The notes beneath the pieces are model-generated. The model ran no database searches, had not been told where the DNA came from, and saw only the letters and a list, made by a program, of their open reading frames with translations. Source: Halobacteriales archaeon SW_5_70_135 (GTDB lineage: Archaea > Halobacteriota > Halobacteria > Halobacteriales > SW-7-71-33). Taken from it: 64,000 bases of DNA. The stretch lies in assembly GCA_003022865.1 (NCBI GenBank), contig PXSK01000009.1, positions 16,274-80,273 on the forward strand. Direction: 5' to 3'. The translations under genes were made by a program, and so were the position numbers. Of the stretch, positions 1 to 7,700 are shown one piece after another (positions within the stretch are counted from its first letter, which is position 1; the number at the start of each line of letters is the position of its first letter).

Positions 1-389
1 GGCGTCCAGAGCAACACCTCCTCGTCGTACGGCAGTGAGGCGTGGATGACCACGGCCAGTCGCCCGAGCGACGAGCGCCCCTCGACGTGGGCGATGAGGT
101 CGTCGGGGATGTCGACGCGCTCGACGGTGGTCCCGAGTACGAAGTCGCCCGGATGGAGGACGAACTCGCCGTCCTCGGGGACGACGGTCTCGTCGACGTA
201 CTCGGCGACCTCCTCGTCGCTGTCCGGGTGGATGTAGGGGATGTTCGTGTGCTGGAACTCCAGGAACTCGCGGCCGAGTCGCAGGTCGACGCTGGCGGGC
301 TGGACCTGCAGCGCCGGGTCCGCCAGGGGCGCGATGTCGAGGTCGCCCTCCTCGAGACGACGGCGGATCTCCCGGTCGGAGAGGATCAT
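1..389 (-). CDS. dcd: dCTP deaminase; the 3' end runs off the left window edge
   Basis: My own reverse-strand translation from the ATG (cat at 387-389) gives [42 protein letters not shown]...[16 protein letters not shown], a typical dCTP deaminase N-terminus with the GRSS motif. It is missing from the ORF track because the window edge truncates it. Confidence 0.85.
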   Translation of the reverse strand, partial: MILSDREIRRRLEEGDLDIAPLADPALQVQPASVDLRLGREFLEFQHTNIPYIHPDSDEEVAEYVDETVVPEDGEFVLHPGDFVLGTTVERVDIPDDLIAHVEGRSSLGRLAVVIHASLPYDEEVLLWT

Positions 390-492
390 GCCGGAAGCGA
401 GGGCCGAGGGGGGCAAAAAGCACCGTGGTCCCTCGACCCGTAGTGTTCGGAGCAGCATCTGCTGATGGGAACGCTACTGGTGTGGAGAGCCA

Positions 493-535
493 GAAAGCCC
501 CCGACGGCTCGCTCGGCGAGCCGTCGGGGGCTTTC
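493..535. repeat. Perfect 20-bp-stem palindrome (3-nt loop) in the divergent dcd/pth2 intergenic region
   Basis: gaaagcccccgacggctcgc-tcg-gcgagccgtcgggggctttc read directly. A second 8-bp hairpin (gttcagat-tgccg-atctgaac) follows at about 553-573. Confidence 0.9.
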
Positions 536-642
536 AGACTGTTCAATCCAGTTCAGATTGCCGATCTGAACAGTGTCCCCCCGACCGGTGACCCGTCGGC
601 GACGACCGGTGTCGTTATCCGCGCCGCGACCGCTCCGAGGGT

Positions 643-981
643 ATGAAACAGACCGTCGCCGCCCGCGCGGACCTGGGGATGGGCGAGGGGAAACTCGCCG
701 CCCAGGTCGCCCACGCCTCGCTGCAGGCCTACGAGGACGCCCCCGACCGGGACGCGAGCGCCTGGAAGGGCGAGGGACAGACGAAGGTCGTCGTCCGGGT
801 CGACGGCGAGGCGGCGCTGTTCGAGACCGCCGACGTGGCCGAGCGGGCGGGGCTGCCCCACGCCGTCGTCCGGGACGCCGGACGCACGCAGTTGGACTCG
901 GGGACGGCCACGGCGGTCGCCGTCGGGCCGGCCGGCGACGACGCCGTCGACCGCGTCACCGGCGACCTGCCGCTGTACTGA
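643..981 (+). CDS. pth2: Peptidyl-tRNA hydrolase, archaeal type (Pth2)
   Basis: 112-aa [30 protein letters not shown]...[23 protein letters not shown] matches the Pth2 family signature (GKLAAQ..HA, D.G.T). Confidence 0.9.
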   Translation: MKQTVAARADLGMGEGKLAAQVAHASLQAYEDAPDRDASAWKGEGQTKVVVRVDGEAALFETADVAERAGLPHAVVRDAGRTQLDSGTATAVAVGPAGDDAVDRVTGDLPLY

Positions 982-994
982 TCGGGGCCGCGGC

Positions 995-1471
995 TCACTC
1001 CTCCGCCGCCGTCACGGAGCGCAGGTCCGCGAGTGCGTCCTCGGGGTGTTGCTGGGGGTCGACGCTCTCGTAGGCGCGCTCGATTTCGCCGTCCGGGCCG
1101 ACGACGTAGGTGTTCCTGAGGGCGATCTCCGTGGTCCCGTCACGGAGTTCGGCCGTGCCGTAGGAGTCGTACCGCTCGGCGACCGTGCCGTCGGCGTCGC
1201 TCAACAGGTCGAACGGGAGGTCGTGTTCCTCGCGGAACGCCCGTAGGTCCTCGGTCGGGTCGTTGCTCACGCCGAGCACGACGGCGTCCAGGTCGCGGAA
1301 GGCGGCGTGCTCGTCGCGAAAGCCCGTCGCCTCGGTCGTGCAGCCGCGGGTGTTCGCTCGCGGGTAGAAGTACAGCACGACCCGCTCGCCGCGGTGGTCG
1401 GAGAGTCGCACCGTCTCGCCGTCCTGGTTCGGCAGTTCGAACGCCGGCGCCGTCTCGCCCGGATCGAGCAT
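995..1471 (-). CDS. bcp: Peroxiredoxin, Bcp-type thiol peroxidase
   Basis: Internal ATG at 1471 (cat at 1469-1471) of track ORF 995..1891. MLDPGETAPAFELPNQDGETVRLSD...VVLYFYPRANTRGCTTEA carries the PxxxTxxC peroxidatic motif. The upstream part of the track ORF is Arg/Pro-rich junk. Confidence 0.88.
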   Translation of the reverse strand: MLDPGETAPAFELPNQDGETVRLSDHRGERVVLYFYPRANTRGCTTEATGFRDEHAAFRDLDAVVLGVSNDPTEDLRAFREEHDLPFDLLSDADGTVAERYDSYGTAELRDGTTEIALRNTYVVGPDGEIERAYESVDPQQHPEDALADLRSVTAAEE

Positions 1472-1529
1472 ACCGCCTCTCGGAGGCGGGATCGCTTGTG
1501 CGTTGGCATCGCGGGCGCCGGGCGGGCGG

Positions 1530-2264
1530 TCAGTCCCGCCGCCGGCTGATCGCCAGCCCCTCGCCGAGCGGGACCAGCACCGTCTCGAACGCCTCGGCGG
1601 CGCGGACGCGGTCGAGGTAGGCGGCGACCCCCGTCGTGGCGTCCTCGGCGTCGGCCGGCGACACCGTGCCGTCGCCGTCGACGAGCGAACGGAGGCGCTC
1701 GAAGTCGACCGACCCGGCGGTGGTGGCGTTGTCGGCGACGACGACCGCCCCCTCGGAGAGCCGCGGCCGGGCGGCCTCGAACGCGTCGACGTAGCGTTCC
1801 TTCTCATTGTCGACGAGCACCAGGTCGAGGTCGTCGTACGTCCCGACGACCTCGACGGCGTCGCCGGTTCGGAGCGTAGCGCGGTCGGCATAGCCGCCGC
1901 GGACGAGGTAGTCGCGGGCGTCCGCGAGCAGGTCGGCGTCGCGGTCGACGAGGACGACCTCGCCGTCGGCCGGCAGACCGCGGGCGATCCAGTAGGCGGA
2001 ATAGCCGAACCCCGAGCCGAACTCGAAGACGCGGCGGGCGCCGGTGAGGCCGACGAGCCAGGCGAGCAGGCCGCCGACCTCGGGACCGACGGTGGGAAAG
2101 CCCTCGCGGGCGGCGCGGTCGTCCATCTCGCGGGTCACGTCGTCGGCGGGCGGTCCGACGGCGCGGGCGAGCCGTGTGACCGCCTCGGGCGGCTCCGGGT
2201 CGACCATGACGCCGCTCGGTCGTGGAGTCACTTCGCCGTTCGGGTGCGGCGGCGTCGGAGTCAC
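1530..2264 (-). CDS. Class I SAM-dependent O-methyltransferase (caffeoyl-CoA OMT-like)
   Basis: VFEFGSGFGYSAYWIA (motif I) and VVLVDRD, DLVLVDNEKERY are typical of the O-methyltransferase family 3 fold. The start may be the internal MVDPE at 2207. Confidence 0.75.
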   Translation of the reverse strand: MTPTPPHPNGEVTPRPSGVMVDPEPPEAVTRLARAVGPPADDVTREMDDRAAREGFPTVGPEVGGLLAWLVGLTGARRVFEFGSGFGYSAYWIARGLPADGEVVLVDRDADLLADARDYLVRGGYADRATLRTGDAVEVVGTYDDLDLVLVDNEKERYVDAFEAARPRLSEGAVVVADNATTAGSVDFERLRSLVDGDGTVSPADAEDATTGVAAYLDRVRAAEAFETVLVPLGEGLAISRRRD

Positions 2265-2460
2265 GGAAACGGGGACCGGACGTGTCCGGCCGGTCCAGTC
2301 GGCACGCCCGTGGACGGCGCCGGCGCGGCCGAACCGCCCCGCCGCGGGACGGCCGTGACCTCGTCGGCCGCGCGGTCGGTCCGCGGCGTGCGCCAGTCCG
2401 TCGCGGGTACGCCGGTATAACCCTTGTGTGATCGGCGCCGTCCCGCTGACGGCCGTCGGC

Positions 2461-4245
2461 TCACTCCAGCTGGTGGTAGTCGAGCTCGTGGTCGGCGTCG
2501 AGGGCGGCCCGCACGGCCGGCGTCGGCTCGTCGAGTCGCTCCGTGTCGAGTCGGAGCGCGCCGACGCTGTCGCGCTCGACGACGGTCCGGCGGTCCCAGT
2601 CGGGGTCGGCCTCCGTGGCGTCGGCGCGGTAGTGAGCGCCCTTGGACTCCTCGCGGCGGAGCGCCCCGCGCAGCACCGCCTCGGCGACGGTCAGCGCGTG
2701 GCCGAGATTCAGTGCCGTCTCGAAGGCGCGACCGGTCCGGTCGCCGGTCGACAGCCGCTCGGCGCGCTCGCGCAGGTCCTCGAGGGCGGACAGTCCCGCC
2801 GCGAGCCCCTCGGCGTCGCGGCGGATGCCGACGTGGCTCTCCATCGTCGCGCGGAGCTCCTCGAACACCGCGGCGGGGTCGAAGGCGCCGTCGCGGTCGG
2901 TCGTCGCCTGGAGGTCCGCGAAGTGCGTTCGTGCCGCCCGGTGGGGAGTGGGTGTGGGAGTCGACGCCGCGCCGTCGAGTCGGTCGGCGACGGCGGCGCC
3001 GGCGATCCGACCGTACACCACGGTCTCGGCGAGGGAGTTGCCGCCGAGCCGGTTCGCGCCGTGGACGCCGGCCATCGTCTCGCCGACGGCGTACAGCCCG
3101 TCGACGTCGGTCTCGCCGTCGTCGTCGACGACGACCCCGCCCATGCCGTAATGGGCGGTGGGGGCGACCTCGACGGGCGCCGCCGCGAGGTCGACGCCGA
3201 GCGAGTCGAACCGCTCGTACATCCGGGGCAGACGCTCCCTGATGAACGCTCGGTCGCGGTGAGAGACGTCCAGACGGACGCCGCCGGCGTCGGTGCCGCG
3301 ACCGGCCGTGATCTCTCGGGCGATGGCGCGGGCGACGACGTCGCGGGCGTCGAGTTCCATCTGGTCCGGCGAGTACCGCTCCATGAACCGTTCGCCGTCG
3401 GCGTTGTAGAGGCGTCCGCCCTCGCCGCGGACGGCCTCGGTGACGAGTCGACCGTCCCATTCGTCGCCGTAGCGGTCGCCGACCATGCCCGTCGGGTGGA
3501 ACTGGACGAACTCCATGTCGGCGAGGCGAGCGCCGACCGACAGCGCCAGCGCGGGCCCGTCGCCGGTGTTCTCGTCGTCCCGGGAGGAGTGGCGGTCGTA
3601 GACGGAAGTGTAGCCGCCGGCCGCGAGGACCACCGCGTCGGCGTCGAACAGCAGGAACTCGCCGGTGTCCTGGTCGTAGCCGGCGGCACCGAGGACGCGA
3701 CCGCCCCGGTCCCGGCCGTCGGTGACCAGCCGCGTGACCGCGACGTGCTCGCGGTACGGCACGCCGAGCGAGCGGGCGCGGTCGATGAGTGTCTCCAGCA
3801 GCGACTCGCCGGTGTGGTCGCCGGCGAAGGCCGTCCGCCGGTACGACTGTGCGCCGAAGTATCGCTGGTCGATCGCGCCGTCCTCGGTGCGGGAGTAGTC
3901 CATCCCCCAGTCGTCGAGCTCTCGCAGGCGCTCGGGCGCCTCGCGGGCGACGGTCTCGACCTTCGAGGGCTCGTTGAGGAAGTGGCCCTCCTTCAGGGTG
4001 TCCGCGGCGTGGATCGTCCAGTCGTCCTCCGGGTCGCGGGTGCCGAGAGCGCCGTTGATACCCCCCCGGGCCCACGTCGTGTGGGCGTCACCGTGGGCGC
4101 GCTTGCCGAGCACGAGCACGTCCTCGGGCGGGACGCCGCGCTCGACCAGTTCGATCGACGCACGCACGCCGGCGGCGCCGGCGCCGACGACCAGCGCGCG
4201 CGGCGAAGTCGTCTCGTACTCGGGGGCAGCGTCGTGTGTGCTCAC
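2461..4245 (-). CDS. FAD-dependent oxidoreductase of the L-aspartate oxidase / succinate dehydrogenase flavoprotein family
   Basis: ALVVGAGAAGVRASIEL (dinucleotide fold), FVQFHPTG, RGEGG, HYGMGGV and GLYAVGE..GVHGANRLGGNSL are family hallmarks. The likely start is a GTG at 4245 (VSTHDAAPEY); the track ORF extends to 4320. There are no adjacent sdhBCD or nadAC genes, so the exact function is open. Confidence 0.8.
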   Translation of the reverse strand: MSTHDAAPEYETTSPRALVVGAGAAGVRASIELVERGVPPEDVLVLGKRAHGDAHTTWARGGINGALGTRDPEDDWTIHAADTLKEGHFLNEPSKVETVAREAPERLRELDDWGMDYSRTEDGAIDQRYFGAQSYRRTAFAGDHTGESLLETLIDRARSLGVPYREHVAVTRLVTDGRDRGGRVLGAAGYDQDTGEFLLFDADAVVLAAGGYTSVYDRHSSRDDENTGDGPALALSVGARLADMEFVQFHPTGMVGDRYGDEWDGRLVTEAVRGEGGRLYNADGERFMERYSPDQMELDARDVVARAIAREITAGRGTDAGGVRLDVSHRDRAFIRERLPRMYERFDSLGVDLAAAPVEVAPTAHYGMGGVVVDDDGETDVDGLYAVGETMAGVHGANRLGGNSLAETVVYGRIAGAAVADRLDGAASTPTPTPHRAARTHFADLQATTDRDGAFDPAAVFEELRATMESHVGIRRDAEGLAAGLSALEDLRERAERLSTGDRTGRAFETALNLGHALTVAEAVLRGALRREESKGAHYRADATEADPDWDRRTVVERDSVGALRLDTERLDEPTPAVRAALDADHELDYHQLE

Positions 4246-4757
4246 GTGTACGGACAGGCGACGGACGGGTATAAGCTGTCGCCTATCATGTTCGGGAACG
4301 GACGGCCGCGAGAGCGGCATCCGTCCGCGGACTGCCCGTCGGGGCCCGTCGGCCCCGGAATTTTACGACCACGCTCGCCGGCTCGCGCCCTCGCGACCCG
4401 GGCGGAGACCGTCGGACGGACGGGTGAGAGTGGAACCGTCGCCGATCACCGGCCGTCGGCGGCTCTCCCGAGTTTCACTTTCACTCCGGTTTGGCGAGGT
4501 TCATTAGGTATCGTTCCTTCCGACTGGGTTACGCGACGCCGGGCGACGAGCCCGGCGACGCAGACGAACGAAAGCAAGGGATCCCGTCGGTGTACCACCC
4601 GTCAGACACATCCACGGCGACGCCTGCCGACGTGTCGAGGACGGTACACCTGCGCGGTGGCGACGCGGGAGCAGGAGGTAATCGCATCCATGACACACAC
4701 AAAAGTGAGAACACACGAGCCGGTCGCCGTCGGGGCGACCCGGCGGGAGGTGAGCAG

Positions 4758-7700
4758 ATGAGCACGCACGACGAGTTGGGCGCCGAGGAGGTGCACCTGC
4801 CGGCCAAGCGCACGGACGGCGACACCGTAGCGGAGCGGCTGACGGACAACGCCTACCACAACATCCTGCCGGCCCGCTACCTGAAGAAGGACAGTCAGGG
4901 TCGGCCCGTCGAGCAGCAGGAGGACCTCTTCGAGCGGGTCGCGAAGAACATCGCCCTCGCGGAGGCGGTGTACGGCGCCGACGAGCCCGTCACCGTCGAA
5001 CCGGAGCAGGTGAAACCCGACCATCCACGACGCGGCGAACTCGCCGGCGAGGCCTTCGGCGTCCACTCGGACCGCTACGACGCGCCCGAGGCGCTGCCCG
5101 AGGAGTTGGACGAGGCCCGCGACCACCTCGCGACGACGGAGACCGACCTCACGGAGGGCAACGTCTCGAAGTTCGCCTACGACGCGGTCGTCCCCGCGCT
5201 CGACGACGAGCTGCGCGAGCACGTCGAGTCGGTGTACGCGGAGTTCCGCGAGACGATGGAGAATCTGGACTTCACGCCGAACTGTCGAGGCAGTCGATCC
5301 AGGTGAGCGGGTCTACGACGACGAGGACGGGCTGGCAGAGGTGACAGAGCGGTACAGAAACGGCGAGAAGGTCGTCCTCGAACTCGAAACCGAGGCCGGA
5401 TACTCCGTGCGGGCGACGCCCGAGCACCACTTCCGGGTGATCACGGCAGACGGCGAGTACGAGTGGCGACAATTGGGGGACGTGGAGCCGGACGACGTGC
5501 TCGCCCTGCAGAAGAACTTCCTCGACGACGACGGGAGGCGTACAAGTCTTACCGGGGGCTCGTCGAGTCACGAAACCGGTCGAAAGCGGGCCGGGTTCGC
5601 TCCGCCCGAGGAGATGACGCCAGCGCTCGCGGAGTGGCTCGGGCTGTACGTCGGCGACGGCACTGCCCGGGAGTCCGGCATCCGGGTCGCGTTCGACGAC
5701 ACCGACACTGACCTCGTCGATCACTGGGTCGAGCTCACGGAGTCCGTCTTCGGGTTCGAGTCGACGACCAGGGCGCGGAACGACGCCGCCTGCGCCGTCG
5801 GGCAGGCGAGCCGCCGGGACCTGTTCGACTTCCTCGACGAGAACGACCTCCTGAAGGAGACCTCGGACACGGCGACGGTGCCGGAGGCGGTGCTCCGGTC
5901 GGGCCGTCGTCCCGCCGCACGATTCCTTCGAGGACTGTTCGAGGCCGACGGGTCGGTCAACGAGCGGTCGATAGAGCTGTACACCCACAGCGAGGCGCTG
6001 GCGTCGCAGGTGCAGAAGCTCCTCCTGGGACTCGGCGTTCGCTCGAAGGTCCGCGAGAAGCGGGACGGACACCGAGTGACGATCCGGAAGAACGTCTGTG
6101 GAAACCGGTTCGTCGAGCGCGTCGGATTCATCAGCGACCGCAAGGTCGGGGAGGCCGAGCGGTTCGAGCGGGTCGCGGACGACGCCACGTCGGTGAAGAT
6201 ACCGAACCAGACCGAGCGACTCCACGAGTGGTTCACCGAGAGCGAACTGGGACTCGACGCTTACCGGGACCTCTCGCAGTTCCTCATCGATCCCGACTCC
6301 GATCACCACCAAGAGGTCGGCAAGGGGGTCTTCCAGCGGTACGCAGAGGAGTACCCCGAGCTGCGGGAGTCGCCGGTCGCCGAGCTGGTCGACCGCGACC
6401 AGATATACGAGCGGGTTTCGTCGGTGGCCGAGATCGGGACGATGGCCGTCGAGGACATGCGCGTCCCGCGGCGAGAGACCTACGTCGTCGAGGGGTTCGT
6501 GAGCCACAACAGCCCGACGCTGATGAACGCCGGCGACGAGCTCCAGCAACTCAGCGCGTGTTTCGTCTGCTCGCCCGACGACGACATCACCGACATCCAC
6601 GAGACCGCCCGCGAGGCCGCCGAGGTGTTCCAGTGTCTCACGGCGGACACCCGCGTTCCGGTCGACGGGAGGGGGCTCGTCTCGGTCGCCGACGTCGAGC
6701 CGGGCGACGAGGTCGTCCAGCGGGACGGCGACGGTCACCGCACCCGAGTCGTCGAGGAGACCCACGCCTACCACGACGCTCCCGTCCATCGAGTCGAGAC
6801 CGGGGCCGGACTGACGCTGACCGGCACGCCGAACCACGAACTCCTGGTCGGCGGCGAGTGGACGCGGATCGACGCGATCCAGGCAGGCGACGAGCTCTCC
6901 GTCCGGCTGGGCTGGCTCTCCGAGGACGCCGACACCCCGGAGCTCACGAGCGTCTCGACGGGCGGTCGGTGGGGCGAGACCCGGACCGTGTCCGACGAGG
7001 CGATCCGCGAGCTGCACGCCCGGGGACACTCGGACTACGAGATCGCGGAGGAACTCGGCTGCTCCGCCTCGACGGCCCAGCGCCGCCGCGCGAACGAGCT
7101 CAGTCTCGACCCGAACGGCACGGGTGGCCGCTCCCGAGGGAGCGTCTCGTTCGACCCCGACGAGTTCGAGCGCCTGTACGGAGAGGGTCACAGCGACGCC
7201 GGGATCGCCGACGAGCTCGGGATCTCGCCGGCGACGGTGCAACAGCAGCGCCAGAAGCAGTCGCTGGACCCGAACGGCGAGCCGGTCACGTCGGTCACGC
7301 AGCCGGCGACGCTGACCCCCGACCTCGCCGAGCTGTTGGGAATGTGGGTCGGCGACGGGTCGACGCACGAGGACGGAATCCGGCTGCATCTCCGCCGCGA
7401 GGAGACCCTCGAACACGCCGACCACCTCTGTCGGGAGCTGTTCGACGAGGGGCTCGACTGGCGGTTCGAGGACGGCTGTTACGACGCCGTGCTCCACAGC
7501 CACGAACTCAAGCGGTTCTGGCTCACCAACTTCGGCGACGCGAAACCCGACGCTCCCTCGGCGTCGGTGCCGGAGCAGGTGTGGGCGGCCGACCGCGAGA
7601 CGGTCGCCGCCTTCCTGCGGGGGCTGTTCTCGACCGACGGCAGCCTGCAGGACGGAAAGTACCCGCGTCTCTGGAGCGCCTCGGAGACGCTGATCGGGGA

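Noticed and set aside
2261-4075. Very long ORFs antisense or off-frame to recognised genes. Examples are 2261..4075(-), 2428..4761(+), 5272..8028(-), 13963..16551(-), 24113..26278(-), 31590..33653(+), 51216..53657(-) and 60318..61562(-).
   Set aside because: Their products are Arg/Pro/Gly/Ala-rich, low-complexity and lack any recognisable motif. They overlap genes with clear family signatures. At about 70% GC, stop codons are rare, so such shadow ORFs are expected.
4321-4757. Possible adenosylcobalamin riboswitch in front of the B12-dependent nrdJ.
   Set aside because: I could not find a B12-box-like core (for example GCCACTG and its surrounding conserved junctions). Riboswitches are also rare in Halobacteria. 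I kept only the hairpin and tandem-repeat observation.
5283-5306. Programmed ribosomal frameshifting as the explanation for the nrdJ frame break.
   Set aside because: There is no slippery heptamer or downstream stimulatory structure at the junction. The missing intein block A indicates loss of sequence rather than recoding.
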